64,000 nt of DNA from positions 8,117-72,116 of the forward strand of contig JAPLKL010000069.1 in NCBI GenBank assembly GCA_026388095.1. The letters run 5' to 3'. This document shows positions 26,258-34,856 of this stretch, piece after piece. Within the stretch, counting starts at the first letter, position 1, and each line of letters opens with the position of its first letter. The notes beneath the pieces are model-generated. The model was not told the origin of the DNA. It ran no database searches and saw only the letters and a program-made list of their open reading frames with translations. A program made the position numbers and the translations under genes. Source of the stretch: Elusimicrobiota bacterium (GTDB lineage Bacteria; Elusimicrobiota; Elusimicrobia; UBA1565; UBA9628).

Positions 26258-27613
26258 ATGCCCGCCCCGACCAACGCTCCAGCCAAGACCTTCCGCTACG
26301 TCCCGGGCCCCAAATCCAAAGCCCTCTGCGACGAGGAATCCAAGCACATCGCGCCCGGCCTGCAGACCATCGCGCTCTACTCCCAGATCGCCCTGGAGAG
26401 CGGCCATGGCCGGCACCTGCGCGACCTCGACGGCAAGGAATACCTGGATTTCGTGGCCGGCATCGGCGTGGCCTCCTTGGGCTACTCCCACCCGGAGTAC
26501 GTGCGCATCGTCTCCGAGCAGCTCCAGAAGATATCGGTGGGCAGCTTCACCACGCCGCACCGGGCCAACTTCGTCAAGACCCTGGCCACGGTGACCCCCA
26601 AGGGTCTCGACCGCATCCAGCTCTACTCCTCGGGCGCCGAAGCCGTCGAGGCCGCGGTGCGCCTGGCCAAGAGCCGCACCAAGAAATACGAGCTCATGGG
26701 CTTCTGGGGCGGCTTCCACGGCAAGACCGGCGGCATCCTGCCGGTGCTGGGCGACAGCTTCAAGCACGAGCTCGGCCCCCTGATGCCGGGCCTCTACCTC
26801 ACCCCCTACCCCAACCAGGACCACTGCCCGTTCGGGACCAAGGGCGAGCACGACTGCGCCGCCCACTGCCTGGACTTCATGCGCGAGACGATCAAGCGCT
26901 CCACGGCCGGGGCCTTGGCCGCGGTCATCGTGGAGCCCATCCAGGGCACGGCCGGCAACGTCATCCCCGCCCGGGGCTGGCTCAAGGGCCTGCGCGCGCT
27001 GACCAAGGAGCTGGGCGCGCTGCTCATCTCGGATGAGATGATCACGGGCTTCGGCCGCACCGGCACGATGTGGGGCTGCGACAACGAGCAGGTCATCCCG
27101 GACATCATGACCGTGGGCAAAGGGCTGGGGGGCGGCTTCCCGGTCTCCGGGGTCATCACCTCCACCGAGATCTCGCAGTCCAAGCCCTGGGGCAACCCCA
27201 GCGGCTCCTCGTCGAGCTACGGCGGCAATCCCTTCGCCTCCGCGGCCTGCGACGCGGCCCTGCAGATCATCCTCAAAGAGAAGCTGGTGGACAATTCCCG
27301 CAAGATGGGAGAGCTCCTGCTCGCCCGGCTCGCGGAGCTCAAGGCCAAGAGCCCCCTCATCGGCCTGGCGCGCGGACGGGGCCTCATGATCGGCGTGGAG
27401 CTCGTCAACCCCAAGACCCGCAAGCCTCTCGAGGGAGCCCTCTGCCGCGAGCTCTTCGAGGAGTGCCTGACCCGGGGACTGCTGACCATGTCCTACAACC
27501 CCATGCTGCGCATCAACCCGCCGCTGACCATCACCAAGGACGAGGTGGAGCACGGCGTCGCGGTGTTCGGCGACGCTTTGGCCGCACTGGCCGGGCGCCA
27601 CGGGCTGGCCTAG
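26258..27613 (+). CDS. Class III (PLP-dependent) aminotransferase
   Basis: LISDEMITGFGRTG (D-E-x-x-T-G-F-GR) and the Schiff-base lysine in TVGKGLGGG are present. 451 aa. Confidence 0.85.
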   Translation: MPAPTNAPAKTFRYVPGPKSKALCDEESKHIAPGLQTIALYSQIALESGHGRHLRDLDGKEYLDFVAGIGVASLGYSHPEYVRIVSEQLQKISVGSFTTPHRANFVKTLATVTPKGLDRIQLYSSGAEAVEAAVRLAKSRTKKYELMGFWGGFHGKTGGILPVLGDSFKHELGPLMPGLYLTPYPNQDHCPFGTKGEHDCAAHCLDFMRETIKRSTAGALAAVIVEPIQGTAGNVIPARGWLKGLRALTKELGALLISDEMITGFGRTGTMWGCDNEQVIPDIMTVGKGLGGGFPVSGVITSTEISQSKPWGNPSGSSSSYGGNPFASAACDAALQIILKEKLVDNSRKMGELLLARLAELKAKSPLIGLARGRGLMIGVELVNPKTRKPLEGALCRELFEECLTRGLLTMSYNPMLRINPPLTITKDEVEHGVAVFGDALAALAGRHGLA

Positions 27614-27623
27614 CTAGGACGAG

Positions 27624-28655
27624 ATGGAAAAACTCAAGGGGGCGCTGGTCGGCTACGGGGCGGTGGCGCACAACGCCCACGCCCCCGCCCTGCGCGGCCG
27701 TTCGGATCTGGCCATCGCCGCGGTCGCGGACGCCGACCCGGAGCGTCTGCGCCTGGCCGAGGAGTCCTTCCCGGGAGCGCGGCCCTACCCCAGCCTCGAG
27801 GCCCTGCTCGAATCCGAGACCAACCTGGATTTCCTGGACTTGGCCACGCCGCCCTGGCTGCACGGCCGGCAGGTCCTCAGCGCGCTGGAGCGGGGCCTGC
27901 ACGTGCTCTGCGAGAAGCCCCTGACCCTCGACACCACCGAATTCCGGCGCGTCGCCGAGACCGCGCGGCGCCGGGACCGCGCGGTCTTCACCGTGCACAA
28001 CTGGGGCTGCGCGCCCATCTGGGCCAAGGCCGCGGCCCTCTCGGCCGAGGGCGCCTTGGGCGAGATCCGCCACGCCGAGCTCCACGCCGTGCGCACCAAG
28101 CCCTCCGTCGCCGCGGGCCCCGGCGACTGGCGCACCGACGCCAACTTGGCCGGAGGCGGCATCCTGGTGGACCACGGCTGGCACAACCTCTACCTCCTCA
28201 AGCGGGTCCTCTTCCCCGGCCTGGACGCGCCCGGGCCGGTGGAGACAGCGGCATTCTTCCATCGGCCGGCGCCCACGGCGGCGGAGAGCGAGGCCACCGT
28301 CTTCTACCGCTTCCCCGCGGCCACGGCCCTGCTGCATCTGACCTGGCGGGGGACCTTCCGCTCCAACTGGGCCGTCTTCCATGGCACGCGGGCCGTCCTG
28401 GAGATGCGCGACGACCATCTGCTGCTCCGCCAGGGAGCGCAGGAAGAGCAGCGCCTCGATTTCCCCGAGAAGCTCTCCGCCGGCTCGGCCCACCCGGAGT
28501 GGTTCGCCTCCCTCTTGCCCGACTTCTGCGCCGAGATGCGGGACCCCGCGCGGCGCGGCCGCAACCTCGCGGAGGCCGGCTTCGTGCTGGACCTCATCCG
28601 CCGGGCCTACGACGGCGGGCGCAAGCCACGCGCCGCGGAGGCGGTCCATCCGTAA
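27624..28655 (+). CDS. Gfo/Idh/MocA-family NAD(P)-dependent oxidoreductase (inositol 2-dehydrogenase-like)
   Basis: An N-terminal Rossmann fold (GYGAVAHNAHAPAL), the central EKP motif (LCEKPL) and the GFO_IDH_MocA C-terminal domain are present. Confidence 0.8.
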   Translation: MEKLKGALVGYGAVAHNAHAPALRGRSDLAIAAVADADPERLRLAEESFPGARPYPSLEALLESETNLDFLDLATPPWLHGRQVLSALERGLHVLCEKPLTLDTTEFRRVAETARRRDRAVFTVHNWGCAPIWAKAAALSAEGALGEIRHAELHAVRTKPSVAAGPGDWRTDANLAGGGILVDHGWHNLYLLKRVLFPGLDAPGPVETAAFFHRPAPTAAESEATVFYRFPAATALLHLTWRGTFRSNWAVFHGTRAVLEMRDDHLLLRQGAQEEQRLDFPEKLSAGSAHPEWFASLLPDFCAEMRDPARRGRNLAEAGFVLDLIRRAYDGGRKPRAAEAVHP

Positions 28656-28668
28656 GGGCGCTTCGGCC

Positions 28669-29829
28669 ATGCTCAGCGACGCGATCCTCTGGGTCTCCAA
28701 TCCGTCCCTCCTGTCCCACCGTGTCGGCGGCATGACCGTCCTGGAGCGCCAACTCCACACCCTGAGCCGGGCCGGCCTGCGCCGAGTGTGGGTCTCCGCC
28801 GATCAGGTGACGAAAGCCGCCGCCGGGCTAAGGCGCCCCGCGGGCCTGGAGGTCTTCTGGATCAGCCGCAGTATCGGCGGCGCGGCGCCGCAGTGCCAGC
28901 CTCCCTATGTGGTGGTTTCCGGCAGCCATTTCCTCCGGGTCGAGACCCTCGCCCACATCGTCTGCCATCCGGGCGACGCCCACACGGCCTACCTCGACGA
29001 CCGCCAAGCCTCCGTGGTCCAAGTCGTGCCGACCCGGGACGACGCCGCCGCACCCTGCCGCAACCAGCCGCTGCCAGCGGGCGCCAGCATATCCCTGCAG
29101 CATCCCATCCAGGACGCCCTCACCGTGGAATGGCTGTTGGCCACGGGGACCAAGAGCCAGGACGGGTTCATGGCGCGCCACTTCGATCGCCACATCTCTT
29201 TGGGCATCTCCCGCTCGCTTCTGGAGACCGCGATCTCGCCCAACATGATGACGATCCTGAGCAGCCTGGTCGGCCTGCTGGGAACGTCTTTCTTCCTCTT
29301 CCACACCTGGGGCGCCCACATGGCCGGCGCGGCCCTGGTCTGGCTGCACTCCGTCCTGGACGGCTGCGACGGCGAGCTCGCCCGCATCCGCTTCCAGGAG
29401 AGCCCCCTGGGCGCGGACATCGACTTCTGGGGCGACAACCTCGTGCACGTGTCCCTGTTCGGCTGCCTGGCCGTGGGCTTCGCCCGCTCCGACCAGAGCG
29501 TCCTGCCGCTGCTGGCCGGGCTGACCGCCACGGTCGGCATACTCGGCTCCGCGAGTCTGGTGTACCGCCAGCGGCTGGCGCGCCGCCAGCTCCCTGCGGA
29601 ATCACCGCCGAAGAACCTCGACTCTTTGCTCGCGCGCGTGGAGACCATCCTGGAGCAGCGCGATTTCATATACGTGCTCCTGGTCCTGGCCTATTTCAAT
29701 CCCGACCTGTGCTGCACTTACGCTTTCATGTGGGCCGGCGCCGTCGGGGTCACGCTCTTCTTCGCCATGACGCTCTACATCGGGAGGCTCAATCGTGAAC
29801 AAGCATTCCAACCGCATCGCGCCGGCTAA
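28669..29829 (+). CDS. CDP-alcohol phosphatidyltransferase (DIPPS/PIPS-like) with an N-terminal degenerate IPCT-like nucleotidyltransferase-fold domain
   Basis: Start MLSDAIL was chosen within the track ORF and has an AAGGG RBS. DGCDGELARIRFQESPLGADIDFWGD fits the CDP-OH_P_transf motif D-G-x2-A-R-x8-G-x3-D-x3-D. Several TM helices follow. The N-terminal ~150 aa lacks the GxGTRL motif. Confidence 0.75.
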   Translation: MLSDAILWVSNPSLLSHRVGGMTVLERQLHTLSRAGLRRVWVSADQVTKAAAGLRRPAGLEVFWISRSIGGAAPQCQPPYVVVSGSHFLRVETLAHIVCHPGDAHTAYLDDRQASVVQVVPTRDDAAAPCRNQPLPAGASISLQHPIQDALTVEWLLATGTKSQDGFMARHFDRHISLGISRSLLETAISPNMMTILSSLVGLLGTSFFLFHTWGAHMAGAALVWLHSVLDGCDGELARIRFQESPLGADIDFWGDNLVHVSLFGCLAVGFARSDQSVLPLLAGLTATVGILGSASLVYRQRLARRQLPAESPPKNLDSLLARVETILEQRDFIYVLLVLAYFNPDLCCTYAFMWAGAVGVTLFFAMTLYIGRLNREQAFQPHRAG

Positions 29830-31201
29830 AGGCCGGCTCGGAGTCCTGCTGCCCGGGATGGGCGCCATCACCAGCACCGTCATCGCCGGCCTTCTGCTGG
29901 CCCGCAAAGGCAAGGGCCGCCTCATCGGGTCCCTGACCCAGATGCAGACCATCCGCCTGGGCAAGCGCTACGAGCACCGCGCCCCCCTCATCAAGGATTT
30001 CATCCCCCTGGCCCAACTCTCCGACCTGGTCTTCGGCGGCTGGGACCTGTTCCCGGACAACACCTACGAGGCCGCCCTGAAGGCCGGCGTCCTGGACCGC
30101 TGGACCATCGACCCCGTGCGCAAGGATATGGAAGCCATCCGTCCCATGACCGCGGTCTGGGACCCCGCCTACCTGAAGAACCTGAAGGCCACCCATTTCA
30201 AGAAGGGCCGCTCCAAGTGGGACCTGGCCCAGCAGCTCATGGCCGACATCCAGAAGTTCCAGAAGAGCACCGGGGCGACGCGCCTGGTCATGCTCTGGTG
30301 CGGCTCGACCGAGATCCTGCCGGCCCCGTCGCCGGTCCACGAGTCCCTCGCCGCCTTCGAGAAGGGCTTGCGCGAGAGCCATCCGGCCATCCCGCCCTCC
30401 ATGATCTACGCCTACGCCGCGCTCAAGCTGGGCATCCCCTACGGCAACGGGGCGCCCAACCTCTCCGTGGACGTCCCGGCCATGACGGAGCTCGCCGAGA
30501 AGACCGGCACGCCCATCATGGGCAAGGACTTCAAGACCGGGCAGACCCTCATGAAGACCACCATCGCGCCCATGCTCAAGGCCCGGATGCTGGCCTTGCG
30601 CGGCTGGTATTCGACGAACATCCTGGGCAACCGCGACGGCGAGGTGCTCGACGACCCGGGCTCCTTCAAGACCAAGGAGAAGAGCAAGATGTCGGTGCTG
30701 GACACGATCCTGGAGCCCAAGCTCTACCCGCAGCTCTACGGCAAGTTCCACCACAAGGTGCGCATCGACTATTACCCGCCGCGAGGCGACGCCAAGGAAG
30801 GCTGGGACAACATCGACATCGCGGGCTGGCTGGACATGCCCATGCAGATCAAGATCAACTTCCTCTGCCGGGACAGCATACTCGCCGCCCCCATCGTCCT
30901 GGACCTGGTCCTGTTCCTGGACTTGGCCAAACGCGCCGGCCTCAAGGGCATCCAGGAGTGGCTGTCCTTCTACTTCAAGTCCCCCCAGTGCCGGCCGGAC
31001 TTGGACCCCGAGCACGATATCTTCATCCAGCACCTCAAGCTCAAGAATACGCTGCGCCTGCTGATGGATGAGGAGGTCCTCGACCACTCCGGCCTGGACT
31101 ACTACGACCCGGAAAAGGGCCTGCCCACGCCCGCGCCGGCCGCCAAGCCTCTGCCCAAGAGCGCGGCCAAGGCCAAGCCGCGGTCACCGGTCCTGCACTA
31201 G
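29795..31201 (+). CDS. ino1: myo-Inositol-1-phosphate synthase (MIPS)
   Basis: An N-terminal Rossmann segment (LGVLLPGMGAITSTV), NGAPNLS and STNILGNRDG(E) match the conserved MIPS catalytic region. The start may lie 21 codons downstream. Confidence 0.85.
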   Translation: MNKHSNRIAPAKGRLGVLLPGMGAITSTVIAGLLLARKGKGRLIGSLTQMQTIRLGKRYEHRAPLIKDFIPLAQLSDLVFGGWDLFPDNTYEAALKAGVLDRWTIDPVRKDMEAIRPMTAVWDPAYLKNLKATHFKKGRSKWDLAQQLMADIQKFQKSTGATRLVMLWCGSTEILPAPSPVHESLAAFEKGLRESHPAIPPSMIYAYAALKLGIPYGNGAPNLSVDVPAMTELAEKTGTPIMGKDFKTGQTLMKTTIAPMLKARMLALRGWYSTNILGNRDGEVLDDPGSFKTKEKSKMSVLDTILEPKLYPQLYGKFHHKVRIDYYPPRGDAKEGWDNIDIAGWLDMPMQIKINFLCRDSILAAPIVLDLVLFLDLAKRAGLKGIQEWLSFYFKSPQCRPDLDPEHDIFIQHLKLKNTLRLLMDEEVLDHSGLDYYDPEKGLPTPAPAAKPLPKSAAKAKPRSPVLH

Positions 31202-31209
31202 CCTTACGA

Positions 31210-31256
31210 GCGGGCGAGCGATGGCTCGCCCGCAACCGCCCCGCGAAGCGGGGCGG
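31210..31256 (+). terminator. Tandem GC-rich hairpins after the MIPS stop; putative intrinsic terminator of the inositol operon
   Basis: GCGGGCGAGC-gatg-GCTCGCCCGC is a perfect 10-bp stem. CCGCCCCGC-gaa-GCGGGGCGG is a perfect 9-bp stem. A T-rich tract follows (ttctcttatttt). Confidence 0.55.
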
Positions 31257-31380
31257 CAGGACCCCATTCGCCGGTTTCTCTTATTTTATAAGGTCATTTT
31301 CCACAGAAGTAGCTGTTATTCTCGAAAGTTATGATTTCTCTATAAGCGCCCTGGTTTTCGATTTTGTATACTCTCTGGGC

Positions 31381-33948
31381 GTGAAAAGGGTCTTCATGAC
31401 AACCCTCCTGGCCGGGGTCCTGGCGTCTCCCGCGATCGGCGAGGAGGTCGCTTCTTCCACGGCAACCCCGGCCGCGGCGCCGGTCTCCACCACCAGCGTC
31501 TCCATCCCTGTCTCCACCGGCAGCGTCGCGGTAGCCCTGAGCACGCCCCCCGCTTCGGTCTCGCTGTCGTCGGCATCGGTCACGGCGACAACCTCGACGG
31601 TCGTCCTGCCCGGCCTATCGACCGGGGCCGCTCCCGGGGCTTGGACAGCGACGGCGCCCGGCTCCGCCGGCCCGGTCCCCAGGCCGTGGGTCCTCGGCGA
31701 GATCGCCGTGGAAGGCAACAAGAACGTCAAGCCCGGGGTGGTGCGCTCCCAGGTGAAAGCCCGCAAAGGCAACCTCTACGACCGCCCGGACCTCGACCGG
31801 GACGTGCAGACGCTGCTCGGCATGGGCAATTTCGAGCGCGTGGCCGCGGACGTCACGCTCACGGACAAGCCGGTGCCCGCCCATTTCGCCAAGGTGGCCG
31901 GGACCGACCGCATGGTGCGTCTGACCTTCATGGTCAAGGAAAAGCCGCTGGTCAAAAAGATCAAGTTCAACGGGAACAAGAAGCTCTCGCGCTCCGCTCT
32001 CGACGACGCCACGACTCTCAAGGCCAAGGACCCGTTGGACGACGCCAAACTGCGCGACGACCTCGAGAAGATCCTCGCCAAATACCACGAGAAGGGCTTC
32101 CTCGACGCGGCCGCGCGCTACGAAATCAAGCGCGACACCGCCGCCCAGCAGGCCTCGATCGACTGGTTCATCACGGAGGGGGCGAAGTCCCACATCGAAC
32201 TGGTCACGATCAGCGGAGTGAAGGCCTATAAGCCCAAGAAGCTCCTCAAACTCATGAAGAACCGGACCAAGGGGTGGTTCCGCGCCGGCGTCTTCACCGA
32301 GAAGGATCTTCCCGAGGATGTCCGGAAGATCTCCGATTACTACCACAACCACGGCTATCTGGACGTCTCCGTCAGCACCCCGGACGTCAAGGTCAGCACG
32401 GATAAGACCCGCATCTTCATCGCGCTGGACCTCATCGAGGGCCGGGCCTACAAGTTCGGGGACACCACCTTCTCCGGGAACATCATCTTCACGTCCACCG
32501 AGCTCGTCAAAGCCTTGGAATTCCGGCGCGGACGCGTGTTCAATCAGGAGAAATTCGACGCCTCGGTGCGGGCCATCCAGGAACTCTACGCGGACAAAGG
32601 CCGCCTGCGCGCCCGCCTGACGCCCGTCAAAAGCCTCAATGAGAAGACCGACCTGATGGACGTGTCCGTAGGCATCGTGGAAGGCGACATCGTCTACATC
32701 GACCATGTCGACGTCGAGGGCAACAAGGCCACCAGGTCCTACGTGCTCAAGCGCGAGGTCACGATCAAGCCCGGGCAGTCCTTCTCGCTCTCACGCATCC
32801 GCAAGAGCCGGGAACGCATCATGAACCTGGGCTTCATCGACGACGTGGACGTGGACATCCAGCCCACCCCGGACCCGAACAAGGTTGACCTCGCCTTCGA
32901 CGTCACGGAGGGCAAGCCCGGCATGCTGACCGCCGGCGCGGCCTACTCCTCCATCGACGGGCTCATCGGGACGCTCTCCCTGCAGCACATGAACCTCTTC
33001 GGCCGGGCTCAGCGCGCCTCCTTGCAGTGGTCGTTCGGCAAGCGAGTCCAGGACTATTCGGCCAGCTGGATGACGCCCTGGGTCAAGGACAAACCCATCA
33101 GCCTCGGCCTCGACGCATTCAACACCCGCCGCATCAGCCCCTACTCCACGAGCCTCTCCGCCTATATCCAGAGGCGGACCGGCGGCACCATCAGGCTGGG
33201 GCCGCGCTTCCAGGAAGACAAGTACCACCTGAACCTGACCTACACCCTATCCAAGGTCTCCATAGAGAACGTGGAGAGCGCCTTCCTGGGCACGCTCAGC
33301 CCCGGCACCAGCATCTACTCCTCCCTGACCGCCGAGCTCGCCCGGGACACGCGCGACAACATCTGGGATCCCACGCACGGCACGCGGCACGCCATCGGCG
33401 TGGCTCTCACGGGCGGACCGCTCATGGGGGATGTGCACTTCCTCAAGCCGTGGCTGACCGACGCGGCCTACTGGACCCCCTTCACGGTGGGCGACGAGGA
33501 TTGGCCGATCGTGCTGGGCGCCTCGAACCGCGCTTCCTACGTCAGCCAGTTCGGGGAGACCAAGGAAGTCCCGGTCTTCGAGCGCTTCTTCATCGGCGGG
33601 CAGGACACCTTGCGCGGCTACAACGCGACGGGCGAGGCGGGCTTCCCCACCGGGGGCAAGGTCTACGACATCTTCAACATCGAGCTGGGAGTTCCCCTGG
33701 CCCGCGAGCACAAGAAGAGCATCGTCAAGCTCGTGGGCTTCTTCGACATGGGCGGCTCCTGGGACCGCATCCGGGACATCAGCGCGCGCATCGGCCCGGA
33801 CCTGCGCGACCTCAAGACCGACGCCGGCATCGGGATCCGCTTCGTCACTCCGGCCTTCCCCATCCGCCTGGACTGGGGCTATGGCTTCAATCACCGTCCG
33901 GGCGAAAGACTCTACCAGATCAACTTCGGAATGGGGAACCTCTTCTGA
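31381..33948 (+). CDS. bamA: Outer membrane protein assembly factor BamA (Omp85) with an unusual ~90-aa S/T/A/V-rich N-terminal low-complexity region
   Basis: Signal peptide, POTRA repeats, and a C-terminal Omp85 barrel ending ...GYGFNHRPGERLYQINFGMGNLF. An AT-rich promoter-like region lies upstream. Confidence 0.9.
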   Translation: MKRVFMTTLLAGVLASPAIGEEVASSTATPAAAPVSTTSVSIPVSTGSVAVALSTPPASVSLSSASVTATTSTVVLPGLSTGAAPGAWTATAPGSAGPVPRPWVLGEIAVEGNKNVKPGVVRSQVKARKGNLYDRPDLDRDVQTLLGMGNFERVAADVTLTDKPVPAHFAKVAGTDRMVRLTFMVKEKPLVKKIKFNGNKKLSRSALDDATTLKAKDPLDDAKLRDDLEKILAKYHEKGFLDAAARYEIKRDTAAQQASIDWFITEGAKSHIELVTISGVKAYKPKKLLKLMKNRTKGWFRAGVFTEKDLPEDVRKISDYYHNHGYLDVSVSTPDVKVSTDKTRIFIALDLIEGRAYKFGDTTFSGNIIFTSTELVKALEFRRGRVFNQEKFDASVRAIQELYADKGRLRARLTPVKSLNEKTDLMDVSVGIVEGDIVYIDHVDVEGNKATRSYVLKREVTIKPGQSFSLSRIRKSRERIMNLGFIDDVDVDIQPTPDPNKVDLAFDVTEGKPGMLTAGAAYSSIDGLIGTLSLQHMNLFGRAQRASLQWSFGKRVQDYSASWMTPWVKDKPISLGLDAFNTRRISPYSTSLSAYIQRRTGGTIRLGPRFQEDKYHLNLTYTLSKVSIENVESAFLGTLSPGTSIYSSLTAELARDTRDNIWDPTHGTRHAIGVALTGGPLMGDVHFLKPWLTDAAYWTPFTVGDEDWPIVLGASNRASYVSQFGETKEVPVFERFFIGGQDTLRGYNATGEAGFPTGGKVYDIFNIELGVPLAREHKKSIVKLVGFFDMGGSWDRIRDISARIGPDLRDLKTDAGIGIRFVTPAFPIRLDWGYGFNHRPGERLYQINFGMGNLF

Positions 33949-34856
33949 TGAAAACACGATTGCTGGCCGCTGCCGTGCTCCTGGGCCTGTCCTGGCCCGT
34001 CCGGGTGGGAGCCATCGAACTCTCGCTGGAGGAGAACAAGGCCGAGCGCGGCAACATCGGCTACGTGGACACCCAGCGGATCTTCAAGCTCTTCCCCGAG
34101 ACCCTAAAAGCCAAGGAGAACTTCGAGGAGGCCGTGCGCCAGGCCGAGGACCAGGTCAACCTGCGCAAAGCCGAGGCCCTGCGCCTGCGCAAGGAGCTCG
34201 ACGCCCTCAAGGTCGAGCGCGAGGTCCTGGCGAGATCCACGCCCATGGCCCCCGCGGCGCCCCCGCCCGTCTCCACCCACGCGGCGGCCGCCGTCCCGGC
34301 CGTCATCTCCGCCGCCGCAGCCGCCATGCCGGTCGTCGCTTCCACGGCCGCAGCCGCCGTCCCTATCGTCAAGTCCACCGCGGCGGCCGCCGCCCCGATC
34401 GTGCTGTCCACCGCCGCCGCAGCCCAGCCCCTGATCATCAATCTTCCCGGCGCCACCACCGGACCGGTGGTGGTCGCGCCGCCGGCCGGGCCCCCGGCTG
34501 CTCCGGCGCCGACGATCACGACCGCCGCAGTCTTGCCCGTTGCCCCGCTTGCCGCCGCTCCGCTCGTGTCAACGGCCGCCGCGCTGGCCGCGCTCGATGA
34601 GAAGATCGCGCAGAAGACGCGCGAGTTCGAGCGCAAGCAAGCCCAGGCCCGGGACGAGCAGGAATCCGCCGAGAAGAACCTTTTGGACCTGGAAAGCCGA
34701 AAATCCGAGATCCTGCTGGGCAAGATCTACAAGGCCGTGCAGGAAGTCGCCCGCCGGGAGGGTGTCAGCGTCGTCGTGGACAAGACCGGCATCCTCTACG
34801 GCCACAATGCCGTTGACCTGACGGAGAAGGTCCTCAAGTACCTCAAGGGAGGCTAG
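33948..34856 (+). CDS. skp: OmpH/Skp-family periplasmic chaperone with a ~120-aa Ala/Pro-rich repeat insertion
   Basis: Its ATG overlaps the bamA stop as TGATG. A signal peptide is followed by coiled-coil OmpH segments at both ends, which flank tandem AAAAxP(I/V)V repeats. Confidence 0.75.
   Translation: MKTRLLAAAVLLGLSWPVRVGAIELSLEENKAERGNIGYVDTQRIFKLFPETLKAKENFEEAVRQAEDQVNLRKAEALRLRKELDALKVEREVLARSTPMAPAAPPPVSTHAAAAVPAVISAAAAAMPVVASTAAAAVPIVKSTAAAAAPIVLSTAAAAQPLIINLPGATTGPVVVAPPAGPPAAPAPTITTAAVLPVAPLAAAPLVSTAAALAALDEKIAQKTREFERKQAQARDEQESAEKNLLDLESRKSEILLGKIYKAVQEVARREGVSVVVDKTGILYGHNAVDLTEKVLKYLKGG
34245..34440 (+). repeat. In-frame tandem repeat (~39-42 nt, 4 units) inside skp, encoding AAAA-xP-(I/V)V-xS(T) repeats
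   Basis: The units are gcggcggccgccgtcccggccgtcatctcc / gccgccgcagccgccatgccggtcgtcgcttccacg / gccgcagccgccgtccctatcgtcaagtccacc / gcggcggccgccgccccgatcgtgctgtccacc. Confidence 0.6.

Noticed and set aside
26225-27601. 458-aa minus ORF; also the minus ORFs 27531-28760 and 29789-31087
   Set aside because: They lie antisense to the aminotransferase, oxidoreductase and MIPS genes of the inositol cluster. They have no motifs, and the sense-strand genes have clear catalytic signatures.
31615-32706. 363-aa minus ORF; also the minus ORFs 34569-36035, 35848-37209, 38077-39852 and 41947-43650
   Set aside because: They lie antisense to bamA, the lpx genes and rel. They are frame artefacts.
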